From UHGV virus genome UHGV-0362136: a DNA stretch of 38,030 nt; one strand, 5' to 3'. The notes under the pieces are model-generated. The model ran no database searches. It had not been told where the DNA came from and was given only the letters and a program-made list of their open reading frames with translations. Of this stretch, positions 1-7,501 are shown in pieces; the stretch's first letter is position 1, and the number at the start of each line of letters is the position of its first letter. Source of the stretch: a virus. A program made the position numbers and the translations under genes.

Positions 1-745
1 CCGCGCCGGGGGCATCGATGACGTCGGGGTAGTAGGTGGTTTCCCATCCGGCGCGGTCCTTGTGGGCCTGAGTGATGCCGCCGATGGGTGATACGCGCAA
101 CCACCGGCGGTCGTAGCGCCCGCGCATCGACATGGCGTAGGCGGGATGAACTGGCAGATCGTGGCGGTGCAGGTAGGCGAACACGTCCACTGCCGTCCAT
201 CGGCCGATGGGGCGGCAGGCGCCCGGCCCAGCCTCACCCCAGCGACCCATTGCCATCGCCCTCATGCGGGACTCCTCGGCGCGAACCCCAGAGATATGCC
301 GCGAGCCGTGGTGGACCTCAGCCTCATGGAACTGCCCCCCGACATGAGAGGCGGTCCGCTTGGCGTCTGCCAGGTCATCGATCTGCCACCATCGAGGCCC
401 CGGGGAAACCCAGTACTCGTGGTAGTCGACATAATCTCCCCACCGTTCGAGGAACGCGTCGCGCACTGTGAGGCAGTCGGGGTTCTCGTAGCGGCGCATA
501 CGCACGTAGACCAGCGGCAGCACGAGCCCGCTAGTGGCTGCCAGGTGGGCGACGACGGTGGAGTCCTTGCCCCAGGAGGTCGAGACGTAGCAGGGTCCGG
601 AGCCAGCGAAGTCGGTGATGACACCCTTGGCGCGGGCCTCGCGGCGCGGCCACGACGGGTTTTGCGCCAACCGGGCGTCGTAGCGTTCGATGCTGCGCCA
701 GTGGTCGAGGTCGCCGGGCTTGAAGCGGGGTGATGGGATCAGCAC
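1..745 (-). CDS. CysH-like phosphoadenosine-phosphosulfate (PAPS) reductase family protein; N-terminal about 248 aa in window, 3' end runs off the left edge
   Basis: Translating the minus strand from a GTG at 745 (GGAGG 7 nt upstream, overlapping the stop of the upstream ORF) gives an open frame to position 1. It contains a PP-loop-like motif CYVSTSWGKDSTVVAHL (variant of SGGKDS) typical of PAPS reductase/DndC-like ATP pyrophosphatases. It is not in the ORF track because no stop lies inside the window. Confidence 0.55.
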   Translation of the reverse strand, partial: MLIPSPRFKPGDLDHWRSIERYDARLAQNPSWPRREARAKGVITDFAGSGPCYVSTSWGKDSTVVAHLAATSGLVLPLVYVRMRRYENPDCLTVRDAFLERWGDYVDYHEYWVSPGPRWWQIDDLADAKRTASHVGGQFHEAEVHHGSRHISGVRAEESRMRAMAMGRWGEAGPGACRPIGRWTAVDVFAYLHRHDLPVHPAYAMSMRGRYDRRWLRVSPIGGITQAHKDRAGWETTYYPDVIDAPGA

Positions 746-963
746 AGCTTGACCTCCGGAGGGGTGGCGGCCTTGTGCCAGCCGGTAGAGCGGGGGCCGT
801 CCCATGCGGCGTATCCGCCTCGGCGCAGCCGCACCAGGGACTCTCGGATTCGCTGGACCGGCGCGTCGAGGGCGTTGGCGCAGGCGGTGTCGGTGGCGCG
901 GCGGTGGCGGTTGGGGCGGGCTGGCAGCCAGCGCCATACCGCCAGGTCGGTCTCGGTCAGCAT
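739..963 (-). CDS. small basic protein (74 aa), possibly winged-helix DNA/RNA binding; part of the csf-like operon
   Basis: ORF track 739..963. ATG overlaps the upstream stop (ATGCTGA) and its stop overlaps the downstream GTG start. Sequence ...ALDAPVQRIRESLVRLRRGGY... is helix-turn-helix-like. Confidence 0.3.
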   Translation of the reverse strand: MLTETDLAVWRWLPARPNRHRRATDTACANALDAPVQRIRESLVRLRRGGYAAWDGPRSTGWHKAATPPEVKLC

Positions 964-1538
964 GATGTTCTCCTCGTGTAGTGCCAGTAGGGGGCGCGGG
1001 CGGCCTCCTGTGGCGGGAATGGGCGGTCATCCCAGCCGCCGTCGCGGTGCTCGATGGTCCATGCGGTGACGTGCCCGTGTCCGGCGTTGTGGCGGGCGCC
1101 GATATGGGTTACCAGGCGCAGCAGGTCGGCCAGGTCGTCGACGTCGGTGACCTCGGCGTCCCACCAGATCTGGTCTGTAATGGCGGCGGAGCGGATGACG
1201 TTGCGGGCCTTGCGGGGGCCGAGGCCGAGGTGGACCTTCGCGTCGTGGGTAAGGAACGTCATCGCTTGAGTGGCGGGCTTGCGGCGAATGTCGGTTGAGG
1301 TGTGGAGGGGCTCGGCGTAGTGGGCGCAGGAGACCTGCCAACCCCAGGTGCCGCCCAGCTCCCACCGCCTCAGCGGCAGCGGGAAGTCGGGCGCATGGGT
1401 GGGGGTGATCGGCTCGATGGGCTGCCCGTGGGCGCGGGCGCGCATGGCCCACGCCCACGACAGTGGCCCATCTAGCATGGTGGGGTGCTCCTCCAGCCCC
1501 ACCACGGAGGTGTCGAGATGGGCGGTGATCCTCACGCC
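957..1538 (-). CDS. small RAMP protein, Csf3/Cas5-like candidate
   Basis: In-frame GTG start at 1538 overlaps the stop of the upstream gene (GTGA), with GAGGTG upstream. The C-terminal glycine-rich loop THIGARHNAGHGHV resembles the GxxxxxGxG loop of Cas5/Cas6 RAMPs. The first 34 aa of the ORF-track product are overlap junk. Confidence 0.35.
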   Translation of the reverse strand, partial: GVRITAHLDTSVVGLEEHPTMLDGPLSWAWAMRARAHGQPIEPITPTHAPDFPLPLRRWELGGTWGWQVSCAHYAEPLHTSTDIRRKPATQAMTFLTHDAKVHLGLGPRKARNVIRSAAITDQIWWDAEVTDVDDLADLLRLVTHIGARHNAGHGHVTAWTIEHRDGGWDDRPFPPQEAARAPYWHYTRRTSC

Positions 1539-2413
1539 GACACCTCTGCGATCAGGGCGGTGATGGCCTCGGCGTTGTCCCGGGTGTGACTGGTGAGCCA
1601 GTCGATGGCCTCGGCCTGCCCGGTAGTGTCGGTGAGCCACTCAATATCGGCGGCCCCGTAGCCGGTGGCGGTGGAGGCTCCCAGCCTCACGTGGCCGTTG
1701 GGTGCCCACAGGCCGAGGGTGGCCAGCAGTACCCGCCGATGGGTGTCGGTGGCGGCCGGGGTGAGGGTGATGGATCCGGCGAGCATGGCCCCCGAGACGA
1801 GCACCTGGGTGTCGTAGATCATCTGCGTGGTGGTGACCGCCGGGGCATCGAGGGTGTCGGGCGAGGCGATCATGCGGGCCGCCATCGTGGATGCAGTGTC
1901 GTGGCGTGTGCCGAACTCCTCCCCGCGGTAGGCGGCAGCCCGCTTGGGGCGCAGGGCCGCCGTGTCGGGGTCGAGGCGCCACCCGTTTTCGGCGCACACG
2001 AGGATCGCATCAGAGACGCGCAGGGTGCCCTCGTGGATGTCGGAGCGGGCGGCGTATCCCATCATCGACAGGCCAGGCAGTAGCTCGTCGACGCGGCGCT
2101 GCATGTCCAGGTCGACCTGGGCGCCGGTGGAGGTGACCGCCCCGCCTGACCACAGCAGGTCGACGCCGGCCTTGGTGAGCGCGCCGTCCAGGTGGAGGGT
2201 GTCGGCCATGTGCCAGGCCAGCGCGTCGCGCAGGCCGTGGCGGATGGATCCCGCCGACAGGAACGGCACTCGGGCCGCTGTTCCGTCAGGCAGGACGACG
2301 TCCTGGGTGCGCAATAGGCGGGTATTGCCGGCGTTGCCTGCACCGTGGGCGAAGGGTGCGGTCAGGGTGGCGCGGTAGCGGTAGAGCGGTGCGGTGGTGG
2401 TGATGGTGGTCAT
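1532..2413 (-). CDS. Cas7-family RAMP (Csf2-like backbone subunit)
   Basis: ATG at 2413 shares one nucleotide with the preceding stop (TGATG). N-terminal motif LTAPFAHGAGN matches the RAMP motif (L.TPLHIG.G). VPFLSAGSIRHGLRDAL matches the RAMP signature (IPGSSLKGALR). C-terminal LGASTATGYGAADI matches the G-rich loop (LGG....GFG). There is also an internal LLWSGGAVTSTG motif. Confidence 0.55.
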   Translation of the reverse strand: MTTITTTAPLYRYRATLTAPFAHGAGNAGNTRLLRTQDVVLPDGTAARVPFLSAGSIRHGLRDALAWHMADTLHLDGALTKAGVDLLWSGGAVTSTGAQVDLDMQRRVDELLPGLSMMGYAARSDIHEGTLRVSDAILVCAENGWRLDPDTAALRPKRAAAYRGEEFGTRHDTASTMAARMIASPDTLDAPAVTTTQMIYDTQVLVSGAMLAGSITLTPAATDTHRRVLLATLGLWAPNGHVRLGASTATGYGAADIEWLTDTTGQAEAIDWLTSHTRDNAEAITALIAEVSA

Positions 2414-2808
2414 CAGAACGGGATCTCCTCGGTAGCAGCGGACTTCTTCGGTGCGGTCTTTTTCTTGGTGGTCTTGCGCTCGTCGCGTTCTGCCAGCGCC
2501 ATCGCGGCGATGTAGGTGACGTTGTGGGCGACATGTGAGGCCCACGCCTGGTAGTCGGCGTCAATGACGTTCGCGACCTTGACGGCCGCTTTGGCGTGGG
2601 AGGGGTGGATGGCCGGGATTTGGAGTTTGTGGCAGCAAGTGGTGATCGCCTGCCCGGCGTCCTGCGATCCGGCAGCGGCGGTTTCCAGGGCCGTGTTGAT
2701 CCGACCGGACCAGAACTCCAGCGGCCCGAGGTCGGCCAGGGAGCCGCGCAGCGCGAAGATCAGATCAATCGTGGCGGCGTCGAGTTCTTCTGGTGCGGGC
2801 GTGGTCAT
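2413..2808 (-). CDS. Cas11-like small subunit candidate (131 aa), with SSB-C-terminus-like tail EEIPF
   Basis: ATG at 2808 overlaps the csf1-like stop. It is a small predicted alpha-helical protein lying between the Csf1-like and Cas7-like genes, as in type IV-B loci. The C-terminus KKKTAPKKSAATEEIPF resembles the SSB C-terminal tip (the phage SSB here ends AEAPF). Confidence 0.35.
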   Translation of the reverse strand: MTTPAPEELDAATIDLIFALRGSLADLGPLEFWSGRINTALETAAAGSQDAGQAITTCCHKLQIPAIHPSHAKAAVKVANVIDADYQAWASHVAHNVTYIAAMALAERDERKTTKKKTAPKKSAATEEIPF

Positions 2809-3530
2809 TGCATTGTTCCTTTCGTGATGGTCCACAGTGCGAGGTCGAGCAGGGGAGAGCGGTGCCAGTTGGCAATCTGGGCGTCGAGGTCCCGCCAGTG
2901 CAGCAGGTCGGCGCGGGTGCGCACGTAGTCAGGTCGGCCCTCCCGAACGCCCTCGGCGGGGACGCCCATGCGCCGCAACTCCAGGGCGATGGCGTGGACA
3001 TGCCTCCACTGCTCGGGGGTGGCGGAGACCTGGGTGTCCTCCATGCGGATCGTCCAGGCACCGTCGCCGTGATTGAGGGGGGTGTAGGGGACGACGTGCT
3101 TCTGGCCGGAGATGGCCACGGACGCCACCCAATCACCAGCTGGTGGGCTGGCGAGCAGCTCCACCAGTGGAGCTGGGTTGGCTCGATTGAGCAGCGACAG
3201 TCCGGGGGTGTCCTGCAGCCATGCCTTCTCGTGGGTACGACAAGGGGCGTCCGGCTCCCCGGCCACGATCGTCCACATGCGCAGGGTTGCCGGTGGCTTG
3301 CCGGAGCAACACCACAGGCAGGCGGTACACACCCGCGAGGTGGGAGCCACGCACAGCGACCTATCGGTGAAGTTCTTGCCCAGGGCGCGGTCGAAGTCTG
3401 CGGTCACCTCCTCGTGGTGGCCGCAGATCGCACACACTCCCGGTTCATCGGTCAGGTGCTTGGCGGTCGAGGCGACGGTGATCTCAGGGGATCCGGCTCG
3501 GGCGTAGATGAGTCTGGTGGCCTCACTCAC
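2805..3530 (-). CDS. Csf1-like (Cas8-like) large subunit candidate with N-terminal zinc finger
   Basis: 241 aa with a Cys cluster CAICGHHEE...(23 aa)...C...CTACLWCC in the N-terminal third. Its position directly upstream of the cas11-like/cas7-like/cas5-like genes matches type IV csf1. Start overlaps the upstream stop by 4 nt. Confidence 0.4.
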   Translation of the reverse strand: MSEATRLIYARAGSPEITVASTAKHLTDEPGVCAICGHHEEVTADFDRALGKNFTDRSLCVAPTSRVCTACLWCCSGKPPATLRMWTIVAGEPDAPCRTHEKAWLQDTPGLSLLNRANPAPLVELLASPPAGDWVASVAISGQKHVVPYTPLNHGDGAWTIRMEDTQVSATPEQWRHVHAIALELRRMGVPAEGVREGRPDYVRTRADLLHWRDLDAQIANWHRSPLLDLALWTITKGTMQ

Positions 3531-4078
3531 AGCAGACCCTCCATGATCGTTAGACCACAGCCGTAGGCCTTACCGGTGCCGATCCCGGCCAGACGCAGGC
3601 CGTCGAGCGCTCCGGCGTCGGTCACAGTCCCCGTGGCGATCGCCGTGCACTGCTTCACCGTCGCCGTCGTGCCGGGCTTGTAGGCGCGAGCCACGCGCAG
3701 TAGATCGACCGTGCAGGAGTCCACATCGACCGCCCCGGCGAGCTTCCGGGCGTACCAGTCAGACCACCGATCGGAGGGCAGCGGGCGGCGCTTCCCTCTC
3801 TTGCCGGCACCGCGGGACACCGAGACGGTGGGGCAGACCACGCTCAGTACGCGCACCGGCTCCCCGGCTCCGATATCAGGCAGCGGACTGCAGTTCAGCT
3901 CGACCATCCCGACGGGAGGGTGGCCCCGCTCGGCCTGCACGAAGCAGGACCTCCCGATCCACGCCCACAGCACCCGCTCGGCCTCATAGGAGGCGGCGAT
4001 GTCGCGATGCAGGCCTCGGATGTTGCGCCCGGCGGCGTCACAGGAGCGCTCACTCATCTCAAGGGCGTAGAGGTTCAT
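3527..4078 (-). CDS. Cas6-family endoribonuclease candidate (Cas6e-like)
   Basis: C-terminal LAGIGTGKAYGCGLTIMEGLL closely resembles the Cas6e G-rich loop (GIGPAKSMGCGLLSL in E. coli CasE, from memory). N-terminus MNLYALEMS...RNIRGLHRDI parallels CasE MYLSKV...RDLYQLHQGL, including the catalytic-His position. Its ATG overlaps the SSB stop (TGATG). Confidence 0.4.
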   Translation of the reverse strand: MNLYALEMSERSCDAAGRNIRGLHRDIAASYEAERVLWAWIGRSCFVQAERGHPPVGMVELNCSPLPDIGAGEPVRVLSVVCPTVSVSRGAGKRGKRRPLPSDRWSDWYARKLAGAVDVDSCTVDLLRVARAYKPGTTATVKQCTAIATGTVTDAGALDGLRLAGIGTGKAYGCGLTIMEGLL

Positions 4079-4551
4079 CAGAACGGCGCCTCAGCGGACT
4101 GGGCAGCCCACGGGTCTGTGGGTTGCTGGGGCTGCTGGGGCCAGCCGTTGCCCTGGGGCTGAGTCCCGCGCTGGCGTCCGCCGGAGGGCTGGTTGCGAGC
4201 CACCTTGACCGAGGCGAACCTCAGCGCCGGGCCGACCTCAGCCACGTCGATCTCGTAGGAGGTGCGACGGTTGCCGTCGCGGTTCTCGTAGGAGCGAGCC
4301 TTGAGGCTGCCCTGGACGATGACACGCATGCCCTTGGAGAGGGACTCGGCGACATTCTCGGCGTACTGGTGCCACACCGAGCAGTCCAGGAACATCGCCT
4401 CGCCGTCCACCCACTCGTTGCGCTGCTTGTCGAATCGGCGCGGGGTCGATGCCACGGTGAAATTCGCCACCGGGGTTCCGTTGTTCGTGAACCGCAATTC
4501 CGGGTCGGATGCCAGATTGCCAACAACAGTAATGGGAGTTTCTCCACTCAT
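4078..4551 (-). CDS. ssb: single-stranded DNA-binding protein
   Basis: OB-fold SSB sequence [34 protein letters not shown]...[11 protein letters not shown], a Gly/Gln/Pro-rich linker and an acidic C-terminal tip ...SAEAPF. Confidence 0.9.
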   Translation of the reverse strand: MSGETPITVVGNLASDPELRFTNNGTPVANFTVASTPRRFDKQRNEWVDGEAMFLDCSVWHQYAENVAESLSKGMRVIVQGSLKARSYENRDGNRRTSYEIDVAEVGPALRFASVKVARNQPSGGRQRGTQPQGNGWPQQPQQPTDPWAAQSAEAPF

Positions 4552-5015
4552 TTTTTCAGCCTTTCAATATATGCGATTGCGTCAGTTTTTAGGGATTCAT
4601 GGATACGCCGTACATGGGGGATGTCAGCCACGTCCTGCGCGGTCCATCCGGTGGTCTCGCCGATGAGCTGCCATGTCCACTCGCGGGCGCGCATGTAGGC
4701 GACCTGGTCGAGGTCAACAGGTGGCCTGTCGTCCTCGCCGGACTCTGAGGCGATGACCTCCAGGTGGTCAGGATTGGCGCACCGTGGGGTGCTGCAGGTG
4801 CGGCGGAGCTTGCCCGGAGAGGTGACCCACCCATGGGTGGAGGCATGTGCCACGCGGGAGGCGTAGAGGCCCACGGACCCACCGTCGGCAGTGCGGATGT
4901 ACAGCTGTCGGTTCTTGGATATGGCACACCCGTCAGGGGTCCACACCAGGTTTCGGCTGAGTGATTTCGCGGCCTGCATGGGGTCGAGGGACAGTGGATG
5001 CCGAGAGTCAGTCAT
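4548..5015 (-). CDS. HNH endonuclease
   Basis: Start chosen at MTDSRHPL (the ORF-track N-extension overlaps the upstream gene). Motif ...[34 protein letters not shown]...[13 protein letters not shown] is typical of phage HNH nucleases. Confidence 0.6.
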   Translation of the reverse strand: MTDSRHPLSLDPMQAAKSLSRNLVWTPDGCAISKNRQLYIRTADGGSVGLYASRVAHASTHGWVTSPGKLRRTCSTPRCANPDHLEVIASESGEDDRPPVDLDQVAYMRAREWTWQLIGETTGWTAQDVADIPHVRRIHESLKTDAIAYIERLKK

Positions 5016-5283
5016 GCCAGCGCTCCCTCGTGGACGCCACATTGACCATGGAGGCCAGGAGCCCCGGCTCGCCATGGGTGGCCTCATGCTGTGAGTCGAT
5101 GGCCTCGAGCCAGCGCACTAGGCTGACGATGTTTTGCACGATCGCATCGGCAAGATCAGCCCCACCTCGGTGGTCGTCGTCCAGGAGTTCGTCCGGGAAC
5201 TCCCGGTCCTGCCTGGCCCTCTCCAGTGCGATGAGGGCGAGCGCGTCAGGGTTGATGTGCGACGCGATGTAGTCGTCCATCAT
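5008..5283 (-). CDS. hypothetical acidic protein (91 aa)
   Basis: ORF track. Start and stop overlap its neighbours. No recognisable motif. Confidence 0.4.
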   Translation of the reverse strand: MMDDYIASHINPDALALIALERARQDREFPDELLDDDHRGGADLADAIVQNIVSLVRWLEAIDSQHEATHGEPGLLASMVNVASTRERWHD

Positions 5284-5567
5284 GACTCCACCTCGTCATC
5301 CAGAGGGAGGCCCGCAAACCAGGCGAGCAGGGGGTCTAGCTCACTCGTAAACCGTGCAAAACTGCGGAGGTTCACGCCCTGGGATTGAGATTCCTCGAGG
5401 CTGCTGGCCTGTGCCGACAATTGGAGAATGGTGTCCTTCTTGTCGGTAGGCATGCCAGGATGCAAGCAGAGCCTGTCAAGCTCGTACGACAATTCCCCGA
5501 AATGCTCATATACGGCGAGGCTCGTCATGTATCCGGCCTCGAAAACATCTTTTCGTGTGATGTTCAT
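5280..5567 (-). CDS. hypothetical protein (95 aa), visibly lower GC than neighbours
   Basis: ORF track. Coupled to RecT (stop of RecT at 5564) and to the downstream gene. Confidence 0.4.
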   Translation of the reverse strand: MNITRKDVFEAGYMTSLAVYEHFGELSYELDRLCLHPGMPTDKKDTILQLSAQASSLEESQSQGVNLRSFARFTSELDPLLAWFAGLPLDDEVES

Positions 5568-6373
5568 CGGTCCACCTCGCCGGTGTTTTCGTCGATGACC
5601 TCGGCGTCAAACAGCTGCCCCGGCTCCTGTGTCTCGGGCTCGTCAGAGTGAGCCTCGGTCAGTGCGGCGGCGGTGGCGTTGAGCTCGTCCTGGGTGAGGC
5701 CACCGAGGGTTGTCACCTGCCTGCCGAGCACCCGGGAAGCAACCCCGAGGACCTGCTGCTGATCCGCTCCGGTGTCGCGCATGGCTGCGAGGATGATCCC
5801 CCAGTCGGGACGGTCGTCGTGGTGCTCGGTGACGGTCACGCCCTCAGGGCGGGATGGGGCGAAATCGAGCACCTCGTCAGGGGTGTAGCCGACACCACCC
5901 ATCACCTCATAGCACGCCTCCCGTACACACTCGCTCAAGGCGCGGTTGGCGAGCATAAGCTCAGGATTCTTCGCCCAGTGACCTTTCCCCCAGAGGCTGT
6001 GCTTCTCGGCCTTGGCGCGGTCCCAGGTGGCCACGTGCTCAAACTCTGGGTCGTCGGCGCGGATGATGACGCAGCGGGCCACGCCATCGTTGAAGGATTC
6101 GCGCAGCAGGTGACCGGCCTTGCGGATGCGGGTGCGCATGAACTTGGCGGAGAAGGATGGCTTGCCGCCGATGATCGCCATCTCCTGCATGATCGTCCAC
6201 GGGGACTCGCCCAGCTCGGTGGCCTCAGCGAGGGCCACGAGCACGTTGGCTGGCTGGCGCTGGAAGGCGGGCGGGAGGATGGTGGCTGAGCTGAGGGCTT
6301 CGGCATATCTCATTTGGTCGTCGAGGCTGGCTGGGGTGACGTTGGTTGTTGAATGCTCAATTTCTTTGCTCAT
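5564..6373 (-). CDS. recT: RecT-family single-strand annealing recombinase
   Basis: Start at MSKEIEHSTT (GGAGATCATC upstream). Motifs ...PANVLVALAEATELGESPWTIMQEMAIIGGKPSFSAKFMRTRIRKAGH... are RecT-like. Paired with the YqaJ exonuclease upstream. Confidence 0.8.
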   Translation of the reverse strand: MSKEIEHSTTNVTPASLDDQMRYAEALSSATILPPAFQRQPANVLVALAEATELGESPWTIMQEMAIIGGKPSFSAKFMRTRIRKAGHLLRESFNDGVARCVIIRADDPEFEHVATWDRAKAEKHSLWGKGHWAKNPELMLANRALSECVREACYEVMGGVGYTPDEVLDFAPSRPEGVTVTEHHDDRPDWGIILAAMRDTGADQQQVLGVASRVLGRQVTTLGGLTQDELNATAAALTEAHSDEPETQEPGQLFDAEVIDENTGEVDR

Positions 6374-7325
6374 GATGATCTCCTTGGCTGAGGGTGATGA
6401 ATGGGGTTCCGGGTTGTCCGTCGCGCCCCTTGCGGGCTCGACGTGTCGCGAGCGTGGTGCCGTCTGGTGCGACGGCGGTTCGGGCATCGCCCATCACTGG
6501 GGCGAGGATGGCCTTCGCCTGGTCGGTGAACGCCTTCGCCTCGGCGGCGGCATCCTTGGCGGCGGCGTTGAGCTGGGCTGCTTGGCCGATGACCTGGAGG
6601 GCGTCAAGGTCATCGATGGCCACCCGCTCTTCGGTGATATCCGGGTGTCGCAGCCGCTCGAGCGCGTACCTGCGGCCCGCAGGCTCGCGGCTGTCGTCGG
6701 GCTCGACGCCGAGGGCGAGCATGGCGAGGAAACGCTCAGCCTCGTCGAGGGCGTAGCCGATCCACTCGTCGTCGCGCTCGACGTGGAAGCGGCGGAACCC
6801 CCATGTGGAGAGGACGGCGAAATCAGCCCACTCGACGCCGAACACGCTCATATACCACTGCACCTGCGCCCAATAATGTGCGGGCGCACTACCGGTGCCG
6901 TCGCGCCCCCACTCGCTCGAAGTGTTGGGCGTGAACTTGATTTCCAGGACGCCGACCGGATGCCGCACCGAGTGCGGGTTGTCGACGATGAGCCGGTCAG
7001 GGTTGGCCAGCTGCCAATCCCGATCCTGGTGGACCCATGTGCCGGTGTTGCGCAGCCACGTCCCCTCGGGGAGGTGATGGTCGGCGTACCAGCTGGCCGC
7101 TGCTGGCTCGACGTAGTGGCCTGCCTCCATAAGGTCGCTGGAAGGCTTGTCGTCGATGGTGCCGCGCTTGCGGTGCCACAGCTGCCAGGCAGAGCACCAC
7201 GGCGACAGCCCCATGATGGCGGCAATGTCGGAGCCTCCGATGCGGCTTCTGCGAGCCTCCAGCCATTCTGGCGACCCGTCCGGCCATGACCCGAGGGCTA
7301 CTGCTGTCCCTGCGCGTCTCATCGT
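6357..7325 (-). CDS. YqaJ-like viral recombinase-domain exonuclease (lambda Exo-like, PD-(D/E)xK)
   Basis: Start at MRRAGTAV. N-terminal motif RIGGSDIAAIMGLSPWCSAWQLWHRKRG is the hallmark of YqaJ/alkaline exonuclease. Confidence 0.8.
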   Translation of the reverse strand, partial: TMRRAGTAVALGSWPDGSPEWLEARRSRIGGSDIAAIMGLSPWCSAWQLWHRKRGTIDDKPSSDLMEAGHYVEPAAASWYADHHLPEGTWLRNTGTWVHQDRDWQLANPDRLIVDNPHSVRHPVGVLEIKFTPNTSSEWGRDGTGSAPAHYWAQVQWYMSVFGVEWADFAVLSTWGFRRFHVERDDEWIGYALDEAERFLAMLALGVEPDDSREPAGRRYALERLRHPDITEERVAIDDLDALQVIGQAAQLNAAAKDAAAEAKAFTDQAKAILAPVMGDARTAVAPDGTTLATRRARKGRDGQPGTPFITLSQGDHHEQRN

Positions 7326-7501
7326 CGCACCTCGGGGTCGATTCCGTCGCCACCGCAGGTGCGGCACCAGCCGCCCCACTTGCCCTCGCCCGAGCCGTCA
7401 CACTCGGGGCATGGGTACTCGTCGCGTCGTGGCACCCGGCTCACATCGGCGAGCCATTCTCGCTCTGCTCTCGCAATGCTCCGCCCGTCGATGGTGCTCA
7501 T
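7319..7501 (-). CDS. small zinc-ribbon protein with two DnaJ-type CxxCxGxG repeats
   Basis: Start at MSTIDG. CPECDGSG and CRTCGGDG repeats. Confidence 0.45.
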   Translation of the reverse strand: MSTIDGRSIARAEREWLADVSRVPRRDEYPCPECDGSGEGKWGGWCRTCGGDGIDPEVRR

